Below, piece by piece: positions 35,861 through 48,289 of a stretch of DNA of 64,000 bases (positions are counted from its first letter, which is position 1; each line of letters starts with the position of its first letter). The stretch is from Squalus acanthias (taxonomy: Eukaryota). The notes below the pieces were generated by a model. It saw only the letters and a program-made list of their open reading frames with translations, made no database searches and was not told the DNA's origin. The position numbers and the translations under genes were made by a program. The stretch spans positions 46,068,001-46,132,000 of the forward strand of contig CM059432.1 of assembly GCA_030390025.1 (NCBI GenBank), written 5' to 3'.

Positions 35861-37949
35861 AATATATATCAATGATTTGGATGAGGGAACCAAATGTAAT
35901 ATTTCCAAGTTTGCTGACGACACAAAACTAGGTGGGATTGTGAGTTGTGAGGAGGATGCAAAGAGGCTTCAAGGCGATTTAAACAAGTTGAGTGACTGGG
36001 CAAATACATGGCAGATGCAGTATAACGTGGATAAATGTGAAGTTATCCAGTTCGGTAGGAAAAACAGAAAGGTAGAGTATTATTTAAATGGTGATAGATT
36101 GGGAAATGCTGATGTACAAAGGGACCTGGGTGTCCTTGTACACCAGTCACTGAAAGCAAACATGCAGGTGCAGCAAGCAGTTAGGAAGGCAAATGGTATT
36201 TTGGCCTTCATTGCAAGAGGATTTGAGTACAGGAGCAAGGATGTCTTACTACAGTTCTACAGGGCCTTGGTGAGACCACACCTGGAGTACTATGTGCAGT
36301 TTTGGTCTCCTTACCTAAGAAAGGATATACTTGCCATAGCGGGAGTGCAGCGAAAGTTCACCAGACTGATTCCTGGGATGGCAGGACTGTCGTATAAGGA
36401 GAGATTGGGTCGACTAGGCCTGTATTCACGAGAGTTTAGAAGAATGAGAGGGGCTCTCATTGAAACGTATAATATTCTGACAGGGCTAGACAGACTGGAT
36501 GCAGGGTGGATGTTTACCCTGGCTGGGGGGTCTAGAACGAGGGGTCATAGTCTCAGGATACGGGGTAGGACATTTAGGACTGAGATGAGGACAAATTTCT
36601 TCACTCAGGGGGTGGTGAACCTGTGGAATTCTCTACCACAGAAGGTTGTGGAGGCCAAGTCACTGAATATATTTAAGAAGGAGATAGATAGATTTCTGGA
36701 CACAAAGGCATCAAGGGGTATGGGGAGAGAGCAGGAATATGGTATTGAGATAGAGGATCAGCCATGATCATATTGAATGGTGGAGCAGGCTCGAAGGGCT
36801 GAATGGCCTACGCCTGCTCCTATTTTTTCTCTGTTTCTTTCTATGTTTCTATGCTTTCGTTGGATGATGTTGTGGGATTGGTTTTGAAGTGTCTGTTCCA
36901 AGTATTTCTGAAAGTAATATAACACTTGTTTTTTGTGCATCATATTGTATGGTTGGTGGACTCAGCTGGGAATCTAAAGGTAAATGTTATGGCATAGCTC
37001 TCCCAAATTAATGAATGGAAAATCATGAAGGGTGCAGATCAATATGCACTCACGTTATCCAAAGCTTTGCACCAAGCGCATTAACTTGTAAAATTTATAT
37101 CAGCATTGTTAGGTTGGCATTAAAAATAATTCTCAAGCTTTTTCTGAGATAAATCTTACTTGTTTGCACACTTTATTCTTACAGCTCCTTGTACAACAAA
37201 AAGAAATGTGTGCACCAATCCATGGAACATATCAAAGTCACTTTGAATAGAAAACTACTCCTGGCAGAGAGTTTTTTGGCATTAAACAAAAGTTGCACAC
37301 ATACAGAAATGCTTGATAATCTGCGCTTTAAGCACTGGATTCCTTGAGCAGACCTCCCACCTAATCAGAGAAGCAAAAATGTGAATGCCCCTAGGGTGAC
37401 TAGAATCAACAGATGGGCAATCACACTGAGAACAGATTGTACAAGAGGTATGGGGTGCAATACAATGTCACAGCACGCAGAATGGGAACTCTTGTACCAC
37501 AGCATTGTAGAGAAGTTGTATTTCATCTTTGTATTTTCCATGCACTATGTTTTGCTTTTTTATTCACTATCTTTCATCCTTAGCACAGATTTTTTTTCCT
37601 TTTTGAACCTCTTAATTTTGACTGTTGGGAATTAAAATGCAAACCAGGAAAGGTGCTTTATAGGTTTCTATTAAGATGAGCAAAAATAAATTCCTTTTGA
37701 AATATAATGGCCTATTTTGTTAGACCCTGCCAGCAGTCCAGGTTCTCATTGACGACAGGTGGATACCAGAAGAATCATGCACGATTTGCTACCTGTCAGT
37801 TTTTGTGACGTGTGATTTGCGGCAAATTAATGAAGCCATATGGCCTTCATTTACATCGATTAAAAATCAGGTCCTACATCAATTCTTGCATCTTCAGCCA
37901 AGATTTTTTCCACAGTGTGCACCTCGCTCATATAAAATGAGAGTCTTGA

Positions 37950-39778
37950 GAGTTGACCAGTTTAAGCCGAGTTCTTACCTATCCATTCCACTCTTACCTA
38001 TCTAGTCATAGACAGAGAATATCCTGCACTGGCTTCTCTTCTTGCCTCCACCCAAGTACCTCTGGAGTCCTCCAAGGATCTATCCTTGGCCCCACCTATT
38101 TCTCACCTACAGCGGCAACATCACCCAAAGACATGATGTCAGACTCCACATTTACGCTCACTACCACCTCTCTCGACCCCTCCATTGCCTTTATGTTGTC
38201 AGATTGCTTGTCCAACATCCAGTCCGGGATAAGCTGCGATTTCCTCCACTTAAACACTGGGAAGACCAAAGCCATTGGCCCAAAAATTCGTGAGGGAGCC
38301 TTCGTGCGAGGGTAAGGCTTCCCCGCGATCTCTCACTGCGCGCTGGCTTTTTCAGTCCGAGCTCGCACGAACTTGATGTTCTGGACAGCAGCTGTGCAGG
38401 GCTTCCGTATCCCACAGGCGTAGTTAATTCGTGCGAGCTGTGGGATCACGTGACTCAGTTAGAGCCAATGGCAGCACACCATCTTTCATTCATAGCTTTC
38501 ACATAAGTGCTGTGAAAGCTATGAATCTATACCCCCCCAAAAGAACAGCTAAACCTCAATTAAATTTTTTTAAAAAACCATCACATTAATAAAATAAGTA
38601 TAGTTAAATAAATTAACCATTTTAAACAAAAAATTAAATTTTTGAAAATGTTTTAAATCTTTTAAAAAGTTATAAAAATAAACTTACCTGTCTTTAAAGT
38701 CTCTAAAAAAGATATACCTGTTAAAAAAAATTCAAAATAATACTTAATTAACTACTTACCTTGTTAAAAGAGGGTCTTACGCCTCCTTTCTTTATGTCTA
38801 AAAAGTTCCATGCTTACCTGCGCATTCAAAGCACTAAGTGCACTGCATGCGCGCAGCCTGTAGCGCGCACGCGGTTCACCTAGGAACCGCCCCCTTTTGA
38901 ATTCACCAAGTGCCGGTTTTCAGCGCATGCGCAGTGCATGCAGAAAACCGGCAATTGGAGACAGAATACGCGAGAGTACACAGTGCGTACTCTCGCGTAG
39001 CGGCACTAATTTTTGGGCCATTGTCTTTGGTCCCCACCACAAACTCAGTTCCCTCACCCTTGCTGGCAACGGTTCATATTCGCTGAACCAGACTTGTAAC
39101 CTTGGCACCCTATTTGATTTTGAGCTGAGCTTCCTTCACAAAGACCGCCTACTTCCACCTCCATAACACTGCTCATCTTCGCCCCTGCTTCAATGTATCT
39201 GCTGCTGAAACCCTCATCTATGCTTTTGTTATCTCCAGACTTGACTATTTCAATGCTCTCCTGGCCGGCCTCCCATCTTTCATCCACAATAAACTTGAGC
39301 TTATCCAAAACTCTGCTGCCCGTATTCTAACCTGCACCAAGTCCCGTTCATCCATCACCCCTCTGCTCGCCGACCTACATTGGCTCCCGGTGGCTCAATT
39401 TTTAAATTCTCATTCTCCTGTTCAAATCCCTCCATGGCCCTGCCCCACCCTATCTCTGTAACCTCTTCCAGTCCTACAACCCTCCAACTCTGACCTCTCG
39501 TGCATCTCCAACTTCCTTTAGCCCATCATTGGCAGCCGTACCTTTAGCCATCTAGGTCCTCAGCTCTGAAATTCCCTCCCTAAACCTCTACACCTCTCTC
39601 TCCTCCTTTAAGACCTTCCTTAAAACTTACCTCTTTGACCAAGCTTTTGGTCACCTGTCCTAATATCTCCTCATTTGGCTCAGTGTCCATTTCTGTCTGA
39701 TTACAGTCCTGTGCAGCGCCTTGGGATGTTTTCCTGTTAAAGGTGCTATATAAATGTAAGTTGTTGTTGCTGTTGTTC
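37950..39778 (+). mobile_element. L2 LINE 3' portion, split by MITE 38277-39019
   Basis: SGVLQGSILGP, LNTGKTKAI, SRLDYFNALLAG and LIQNSAARIL motifs, with a (ttg)n tail. Confidence 0.88.
38277..39019. mobile_element. Harbinger-type MITE
   Basis: TIR ggcccaaaaatt and TSD ATT. Colinear with 35136-35860. Confidence 0.92.
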
Positions 39779-39783
39779 ATAAA

Positions 39784-41417
39784 TGTAAGGTTTCCAAAAT
39801 TTACAGATCCCCAAAACCTAAGGAAAAAGGACTTTGGAACTACCTCAGAGTGATAATATAGTATTTGAGCCTAACCTAAGAGACTGTAAGACCAAAAACC
39901 AAGTTTTGGCATTTTAAAACTATGTCTGGGCCTGTAAAGGAACAAGAGGTGGGTTCAACCTCTGTAAAAGCAGTTTTGGGTATTGCAGTTAATTGCAATG
40001 TCTGGGGAACCGGGATGACCTCACTCAAAGCCCCAGCAAGCATTAACATTTTGACAATAGACCCTAGGAGAAGACAGTCCCACACAAAACAACAGGTCCC
40101 ATCAAACCGATTACAGGGCCCATCAGGAAACATGCATAATACAGAGCACCCAGGACTAGGCTATAGACCAGCCTAGAAACCCAAAACACGAAACCAATCA
40201 CCAGCAATCAGCCAAGGAGATCGACAGGATGCAAACCATCCCAAAACCCATTTGACACTCACAGAGCAGTTACTGGTAACAGGCCCGCCAAATTCAGACA
40301 ATGAACTGAGCAGATTTGGCGGGTAGATAAGGCCATGTTCAATGGGTAAGAAGAAGGCCTGTTAAAAACCCAGTTAACGTGCTAGTAAGTCATTACCGAT
40401 TTGCGAGCCCGCCCACTTCAATTCTGTATAATTGAAGGCCCACCTAGCACACACGAGAAACACACACCACAGTTCAAGGTCGTTGGGTCGAGCAGTCAGT
40501 CGCAACCGGTGGTCATCAGAAGGAGAAGAGACCAAGAAGAAGAAGGCCCGAGCTGGAAGCGAGTCGGCATCGCTCACCACTCAGACACACCTGAGTCCAG
40601 CTCGCAAAGACACCACCTCGACGGACCTCCAACAACGGCCCCAACACAGTCACCCGGAGCAACAAGCAGCAACAAGTGACCGACGGCTCCACGAGGTCAA
40701 CCGACACACAAAACAAGGCCTAAAGCCATCGCGGAAACCAAAGGCCTCATGAAACCAATAACCGCGCATTACCCCCAACTGACCGGGTAATAGCAGGCCA
40801 CCGCGACCAACAAAGATCAACTCCAGGGAAGAAAACCCGAAGAATCGCAAAGTTTCCACACTACAAACTACTCCTGACTTACCCCTGGGTAAGATTTTCC
40901 CCAAAGACTCTAAGCCCTACTGCTAAACTAAAGAAATTGGGTACTCACCAGATAAATCCATAATGACATCCTACCGCATCAGCGGACTCGCGAAGACTGA
41001 CCAGAGACCCAGGTGAAGTCCTCTACTGCGTACGGGGTACGGCAGACACTAACCACCATAAACAGCGAACCCCAAAACCGCGATTTAGCCCAACTGTCAA
41101 AGGATTGGTGAGCATTATCCCTGGTCCTTCAAAACCTAACTTAGCTAGTAAAGTGGGGTTGGGAGGGGTGAAGTATTGTTCCACTGTCATTTCCCTCGCT
41201 TGTACCGAAGTGTTACCCACCTTTAGAGTGATAAGAGTGTTATTGTGTGTGTCTTACCTTTTAATAAAGATTGAAGTTCTTTCATTAAACTCAGTTGTCT
41301 GCTGCACCTTTTATCACAACCCCCAAATAAGTCCAAGGTCTAGAACCAAGGGAGTGGGAGCGATTCGAACCGCTCAGAAGTCAGAGGTAAAGCTGACATA
41401 AACCACCACCCCCTACA
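39784..41417 (+). mobile_element. Solo LTR (1634 bp), ERV- or Gypsy-like
   Basis: TGTAAGG...CCCTACA termini, 4-bp TSD taaa, AATAAA at 41263, and no coding motifs. Confidence 0.8.
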
Positions 41418-41649
41418 TAAAGGGAGATGTCAGTTTTAGTTGCTGAAAATTACATTCTAGTTTATTCGGTTTTGCTGGGTGTCCATCACTTTTGCATTTC
41501 TGGAGGTTTTTACCATCAATACTTTTCTTCATAACTCTTGCTTGTTACTGCTATTTAAAATTACAAACTGCAAGTTGGTGAGGGTCAAAATTTCCTTGGG
41601 GGGTTGATTTCATAAGGAGACAACAACTGTAGGTGCAACAATAATCAAA

Positions 41650-42150
41650 ATGTTTTGTCCGTTCTTGCACTTATAGACCCCCTTCCACACTTAACCGGTC
41701 ATGTTAAAAGAGGGCTGTCTTTGTTTGTCATTCTCATATTTCAAGACAGACTTGTCACTGAGTTATACCATCTGCTGCACGATAAGTTGCAGACAATCTC
41801 TGGAACAGGGATGGCTCTCGCCATAGAAATGAAGGTTACCACGGCATGAAGCTTTGATGTGACCAGATCATTCCAAGCCAACCCAGAAGACATCTGGCAC
41901 ATCAGACAGTCTGCAGTGCAATTATGTATCAGGTAAGTGACAAATGCTATTTCTGCAAGGGGCAGCACCTTCATCAAACATCATTATGCATGTCAATAGT
42001 CATTATCCAGAAAATAGCCATAATGCCTTCATCATGCAACAGTGCACTGCACCTGCATTTTTGGAAGGAAAAGAAACACTGGGGAATGCCTCGTAGGAGA
42101 TCAAGGTTATTCTCTGAATCCATGGCTGTTGATCTATTAACAACAGAGGA
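41650..42150 (+). pseudogene. Ancient Harbinger nuclease remnant
   Basis: LVTELYHLL..KLQ....MALAIEMKVTTA*SF....SFQ....DIWHIRQSAVQLCIR*VTNAI, and CLVGDQGYSLNPWLL. Confidence 0.8.
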
Positions 42151-42349
42151 ATACCTTGGACTGGAAGACTGAGCATCATTTGCCACCTTCACCAGCAAGA
42201 AAAGGGTACTGTCCAGCTTTGGTATAATGAAGGAGTGTCTGCAAAACAGCAATAGTTTTGTGAAGTACTTGAAATGGTACCTCCCAGCAGGTATGGTAGG
42301 TTTCAATTTAGTGCCATGGTTGATTAGCCCCACAACAAATGTATGCAAA

Positions 42350-42570
42350 AAGGAAGGATTGCAGTTATCTTTTTCCTGACCTCAGCAAACTTCTTCCTCA
42401 TCTACAACCAGGTATGGGAACCTGGGTGACGGCATTGACTCAGTCAGCAACCTCACCTTCGTGCAGCTGACATCTGTGCTTTTACTGGAGGGTGACCTTC
42501 AGCCCCAAATATAAACACGGTCCCTTCGTGCACTTCCTGCAGCAGAATCTCCAACACTTCAGCATCAAAG
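42350..42570 (-). pseudogene. Ancient Myb/SANT remnant convergent with 41650-42150
   Basis: Minus strand reads DAEVLEILLQEV...IFG...EVAD*VNAVTQV..TWL*MRKKF. Confidence 0.65.
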
Positions 42571-42771
42571 GGAGCAGTGCTGCCCACATGTCTCTACTGT
42601 GCTATTATTAGTGCACTTTACTGACACCACTATAATTTCTCATTTAATGAGTTAATCCTATAAGAGCTGTTGCCATGCCAAATGTTATGCTTTCCAGCCA
42701 AGTGTGCTATAGACCAGGCTTTCTGTGCCAGTTTTTCATGTGCAAGTAACCTAGTCAAAGTAGCGGGATAG

Positions 42772-42814
42772 GTGGGGGGGGGTGGTGGTGGGGGGGGGGG
42801 GGGGGGGGGCGGGG
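42772..42814 (+). repeat. Poly-G / (GGT)n tract
   Basis: Directly visible G runs. Confidence 0.9.
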
Positions 42815-42937
42815 TTGCTGCTGGTGTAGGTGCACATGTACAATGGGCCAAATAAACCCCATTTTTGCCACTCTTACAAAATTAAGTCTATAATATAGAT
42901 CTCTTAGTATCACAGTTGCAACAGTGGCTTTGAGCTC

Positions 42938-43015
42938 AAGATCAGCCATGATCTTATTGAATGGCGGAGCAGGCTCGAGGGGCCAAGTGGCCTATTCCTG
43001 CTCCTATTTCTTATA
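42938..43015 (+). mobile_element. CR1 extreme 3' tail
   Basis: gatcagccatgatcttattgaatggcggagcaggctcgaggggcc... Confidence 0.85.
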
Positions 43016-43118
43016 TATAAGGAGCAGCTCCAATTCTCTGGCCCAGCTCCATCAGAGCATGGTTACCCAAAAGTAATGGAGGATTGCGGAATTACCCATA
43101 TTGAGTTTTAATTTCCTT

Positions 43119-45386
43119 GGCCTAGAAATTCGAGTAGGCCAGAAACCTGCCGGTGCCACCGCGGGCCGAAGTTAATGGCCAGCGCAGTGAGAGTGAAGAC
43201 AGCATGGGTATTTTGGTGCTGCCTGCTGATTTACATTAGCGCAGCGCAAAACCTACAGTGCAAGTCTGTGTTTCGAGCGGTAGTCTCAGCAGGAGGCCCA
43301 ATGTAGTGTGGCCATAGCGTCCCTGGAGGAAGGCAGTGTTCTCTTACAGTTAGCCTGTCATTTTAGAAAGCAGTGTCGAGCCCTGAAGACAAATATACAT
43401 TAAAAATAATTCCAAAATGGCAGTCTTCCGCATGTAAAAAAATGGTGAAAGTGCTTCAGCACTAAGACAAATGGCTCAACAAGCCAAGGAAGGGGCACCC
43501 AGGGTCTCGAACGCAGCACTCCAGCTTTGTGCAGGGAGTCAACACTGCAAGAGAGGTCCTCTACCCACAGGGGCCAAGTGGCCCTCCAGAAAGAAGGATG
43601 TGGGACCACATCACCGAGGCCGTCACTGCCGGCAGTGTTGCCCCCATGACCTGGCTCCAGTGCCCAAAGAAGCTTCATGACCTCAGACCAGTGGTCAGGT
43701 CAGTGAATGCATCTTCAAAAGCTGTCTCCTACCAACTGCATTATTAGCCTCACACACTGCTTATTGCAAGACCCCCGCCCCCGTCATCACTCACCTACCA
43801 ACAATCTGAACCAAACACAAGGCACACCTCACATTACTAGTTTCACCTCATCCCCTTGGAGGATACGGTGTTGGCCATTTTTGGCAGGGGCATGGCTGAA
43901 CCCTTGGCCAGTGGCGGAGCTTAAAGGATTCAAGATACTGGTATCCTCATATGTTATTGTCCCTCTCACATCCAACTTCCCCCTCATTCGACAGTTTCTT
44001 CTGATTTACAAGGCGTGCATGGTGTAAGAATGCTCTTGCTTTCCCATCCTCCCCTCACCCTACCCACAGCTCTACCCTTGTGCCTTCCTCATTTTACACA
44101 CCCAAGAAATCCAGCCTGCCCAGCCAGTGGTTGACCAAGAAGAGGGAGAGGAGAGAGAAGAAGAAGAAGAAGAAGAAGAAGAAGAAGAAGAAGAAGAAGA
44201 AGAAACAACACCGTCACTCGATTTCACACTCCCAGCCACCAGCTCCTCAAGGTTGTCTTGCAAGGCCATCTGCAGTGTCCCCCACTGAAAGTCAACAGCT
44301 TTCCACCAGCCATGCTGCAGCCACTGGGGTAACATCAGTAGGATAGGCAAGGGCACACACAAGGCAGTCACTAAGAGAATGCACAAGGGTGATGAGTTGA
44401 GTTGATTTCTTGATGTCATATTAGATGGATAGATATATAATATTGGATTGGAAAGTTTGCTTTGTGGTGGCTTTTATTTCAGCATTGTGGCCAAGAGGAC
44501 GATGTGATGGTCAGTAACAGAGGGAAGGGAAGGTGTGGGCCTAATGTTGAAAGGGAATTGTGGTTGTGGTCACTGGTACCGCAGGCGGAAGACTCGATCC
44601 CGGATATCCCGGCCAGAAAGGGGCTGTTTGGGTTGCATCCTTCCTTCCACTTCCTCCTCTTCTGCATCTTCCTCTTCTGCGTCCTCCTCTTCTGCTTCTT
44701 CCTCTTCCCTCTGTGAGTGGATGCTGGAAATCTGAAATAAAAACATAAAATGCTGGAAATACTCAGCAGGTCAGGCAATATCTTGACCTGAGATATTAAC
44801 TCTGTTTTTCTCTCCACTGATGCTGTCTGACCTGCTGAATATTTCCAGCATTTTCTGTCTTCTCAGAGGCCTTCCTTTACCATCTGAAGCCGTGGAAGCA
44901 TCCAGCAGCACTCCCTGCACACTTTAAAAACTTTTAATATCCGGCGCAGACATGATGGACCTCCTTCTGTACTGTAAATTTCTATGATTCTATTGCAGCA
45001 AGCCACTACTTCAATAAAATATTTTTTTTAATTCCAAAGGCTTAAATCCAAGCTTACCTGAAAGGTGTTTGTGTCCCTTTAAGAAGCGCTGACAGTGAAT
45101 CTGCAGGGCTGTTTCATGCACGATTTTCTGTGCATGCTTGGGACCCAGCATTAAAGAGAGCGAGAACGTCCAAGTTTGCAGTTGTGGCGTCGAGTCAGAT
45201 GTTGCATGCCGATTGACGTCAATTTGCATTTCAGAAATCTGCGTTGTCAATGGTAGCGCTATGGCCCTTACCAAAATGGTGGGCGCCGTGTCTCGCGCCG
45301 GAAACAGCTGGAAGCGAGGCAGCTTCCATTTTTATTTGAGAAAACCAGCTTTAAAGGCCGACGCAAAGATAAGCAATTTCTAGGCC
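43119..45386. mobile_element. Internally deleted Harbinger: Myb/SANT pseudogene (+), nuclease C-terminus only (-), embedded Penelope-like fragment
   Basis: TIR ggcctagaaatt at both ends. MAQQAKEGAPRVSNAAL / VNTAREVLYP...TWLQCPKKLHDL at 43471-43698. Acidic nuclease tail on the minus strand near 44575-44710. P1 fragment at about 44719-44860. Confidence 0.85.
44156..44203 (+). repeat. (GAA)n microsatellite, about 16 units
   Basis: Perfect GAA run inside the acidic exon of the Myb-like gene. Confidence 0.95.
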
Positions 45387-45414
45387 CTTGTTTTTGAATA
45401 ATTGGTTAAATATC

Positions 45415-46065
45415 ATGGGGGTGGGTTGGTGGGAAGAGGGCGTGGGAGCCCAGTAATGGGCGATGAACCTGGCATGGCCAGGGACGTGGAGGTCCTCCCA
45501 ATCTTAACGGCCGGGCTTCATTTGAATAAATGTTTGCAGAGTCCCGCCCGACACCCGGCTAGATTGACGACCTGGTCAGCTGGTGGGAGTAGTCATCTGG
45601 TGGCAGGAGGCTCAGCCGGGGACCCCTGTGAACAGTCCCCAGAAGTCAATGGGTGGAGGGGATTCCCTGGCTTTGCGGTGGGAGGGTCAGTCGGGGTTTC
45701 CGTTGAATAAAATATTGTGGGGATGCCGGGCTGGGGAGCCCCAAGGACTCGTATGGGGCCTGGGGGGAGCACTCCTGCTCCTCCTGGCCCACAAGGAGTT
45801 CAAAGACAGGCAAAGTTTTAAAACTTACCTGGGCCTTTTCTGGCCAGTTGGTTGCTCCGCCGTATTGCTGCATGCTGGGCAGCAGACAGTGCGGGACTCC
45901 CCATACGATGTGCCGCCGATGACATCATTGGGCCGCAACATTTGAATCTTAAGTAGGCCCCTGCCTGCTTTCAGCATGAGCCTCGTCCGTGGCCTGAATT
46001 AACCCCGTGTCTGACCCTTTCCTGCCCATCGGGGGTTGGAGGGGGGGGTGGGTGGGGGGAGAGTT
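45415..46065. mobile_element. Non-autonomous MITE-like element related to 63193-63745
   Basis: cactcctgctcctcctggcccacaagg and gcagacagtgcgggactc match the reverse complement of 63415-63545. Ends are uncertain. Confidence 0.5.
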
Positions 46066-46787
46066 CACAGTAAACAATCAATATCAAGCCGGTTGATGCT
46101 AGGGTGCAATTATTTGTTAAATTCAAGTTTGTTAGGATTAATGGATTCAAAATTATCCAATTAGAACCCGCGTGAAGTAATCAACAGTCTTACTTGTCAC
46201 TTAACTGAGGGAAATGGACAAAACATTAGTTAATCCGCTAGCGGCCGGAATTTTCTCATTGCCGTGTGTGTAGGTTTGGAGGCGGGTCGGCTGTAAAAAT
46301 AGCGAAAATAGGCAGCGCGTCGGGAACCCACCGTCATCCCGCCTCCTCGCGCCTTTAACTCGGGCGATTCACCAGCGCGGCACGGACCCAATCGGGAGAG
46401 GCAGGTGACCTCATTAAACTCATTAAATGCTTGTTATAAGACCCTTTACAGGTTTTTTAACTGCAGCTTCTGAATTTAACGGCATGAGCAGGGGAAGCAC
46501 GCATCTCAGGAACCTCCCGTGAAAGGGAGGCGGAAGTTCAGTGGCCATTGTGTGAGGGCAATAATTGGCAGCTGGAAATATCAGATAAATAGACACATCT
46601 TACACCTCACTAGTTGCCTAAGGGAAAGGCTGTTGCTGACCCCATTCTGTGCACAGATTTAGGTTTCTGGAGTTTGCAGGTCATTTCTGCAACCACGGAA
46701 GCCACTCTCACCAGTTGCTACTCAGTATTAGAATATTGAGGGATTGTCCCTCTGATCTCCACTTCACCTGGCATCTACTACATCAGC

Positions 46788-47990
46788 ATGGGTGTCCCTT
46801 ATACTGTCTCACCTTGGTCCTCAGAATCAGACCAAGATGAGCCCCACCACCAACAACACCAGCAGCAGCAGCAGCAGCATCCACAACACCAGCCTTTTCC
46901 TCAACAACCTGATGCTCCTCAAGAGAGAGGAGAGCACCACAGGGCTGCAGCAACACAGGGTATACAGGCAGAGGATGAGCTTCCTCAGCATGACTGAGCA
47001 GCAGTGCTAAAGGAGGCTCAGGCTATTGCGCCAGGTTGTCGCAGACATTTGTAGCTTGCTGGAACATGACCTGCTGCCCAGAGGTCCTGGTGGACATGCC
47101 TTACCAGTGGCTGTCAAAGTCACCAGCGCCCTCAACTAACTTTGTCTCAGGCTCCTTCCAGGGATCTGCAGCAGACATATGTGGGATCTTCCAGTCGGCC
47201 ACCCACAGATGCATCACACAGGTCACCGATGCCATGTTTCACAAGTCAGCCAATTATATCAACTATGCCACTGATGAAGCCAATGTTACTGAGTGAGCGC
47301 TCAGCTTTGCAGCTCTGGCTGACTGCCCACGGGTGCAGAGCGTCATCGACATGAAGGCACCCCATCATCACCCAGGAATGTTTGTGAACCGCAAAGGCTT
47401 CCACTCCCTCAATGTGCAGCTGGTCTGCAACCATACAAAGATCATCATGCATGTGTGCGCCAGATTCCCTGGCAGCTGTCATGACTCTTTCATGCTGCGC
47501 CAGTCCATCCTCCCTCAGCTCTTCACACCGCCAACAGACTTACCGGCTGGCTGCTTGGAGACAAGGGCTATCCACTGAAGACATGGCTCATGACACCCAT
47601 GAGGAGGCACAAGTACTGAGGCCGAGGAGCGTTATAATGAGAGCCACATGTCCACCAGATGTGTCATAGAGCAAGCAATAGGCATGCTGAAGATGCACTT
47701 CAGATGCTCTGACAGGTCTGGAGCATCCCTTCAATACGCACCAGCCAGGTCTCCAGAATCATCGTCGTCTGCTGCACCCTGCACAACATAGCGCAGCAGC
47801 GAGGATTGGAGCTGCAGGAGGAGCAAGACACACAGCACACAGCCTCTTCAGAGAAGGATGAGGATGAGTACAGGCAGGTGGAAGACTAGGAGCAGGAGGA
47901 GGGGGAAGCCGAGATGCAGATGCCACCAGCAGCGGCGCACATTGCTGCCCGGCAGACCTGGGATGGCCTCATCAAGGCCAGATTTACTTA
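46788..47990 (+). pseudogene. Harbinger DDE nuclease, disrupted
   Basis: [41 protein letters not shown] and [11 protein letters not shown], with stops and frameshifts. Confidence 0.93.
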
Positions 47991-48289
47991 ACTTGCTCCA
48001 ATGCAGCCACTTGCCTGCCACATGCTGTACTAACTTTCTGTCCCCAACAACACCATAAAGCATCCCTACAATGACCAAGCCATTGCTCTCACCCAAAGGC
48101 TCAATGCTGGAGGTTAAATAATGTGTTACCATTCACTCCAAGTGACAAAGCCACTTCCAAGGTTTGAGGCAAAAATGGACAAGACCCAAAAGTGGTGCAA
48201 AGAAAAATATTTATGTGTCCAATCAAAACAACTGAAACTAACCTTTGTTGATACCCCCATGTGCTTACCCTTGTGCAACTATTTTTGTG

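Larger units (their letters stand above)
33415..36855 (+). mobile_element. CR1 LINE split by MITE 34222-35860
   Basis: ORFs 33584-34220 and 35877-36767 join at [14 protein letters not shown]1 tail present. Confidence 0.95.

Noticed and set aside
37164..37350. Exon after the acceptor-like ttattcttacag
   Set aside because: All frames reach stops, with no convincing donor or recognisable peptide.
41886..41940. Host exon ending at CAG|GTAAGT
   Set aside because: It lies in the decayed Harbinger nuclease frame; the donor-like word coincides with a stop mutation in CIR*VT.
44072..44817. Poly-K, poly-S and K/R-rich ORFs
   Set aside because: Off-frame readings of (GAA)n and acidic tracts in Harbinger genes.
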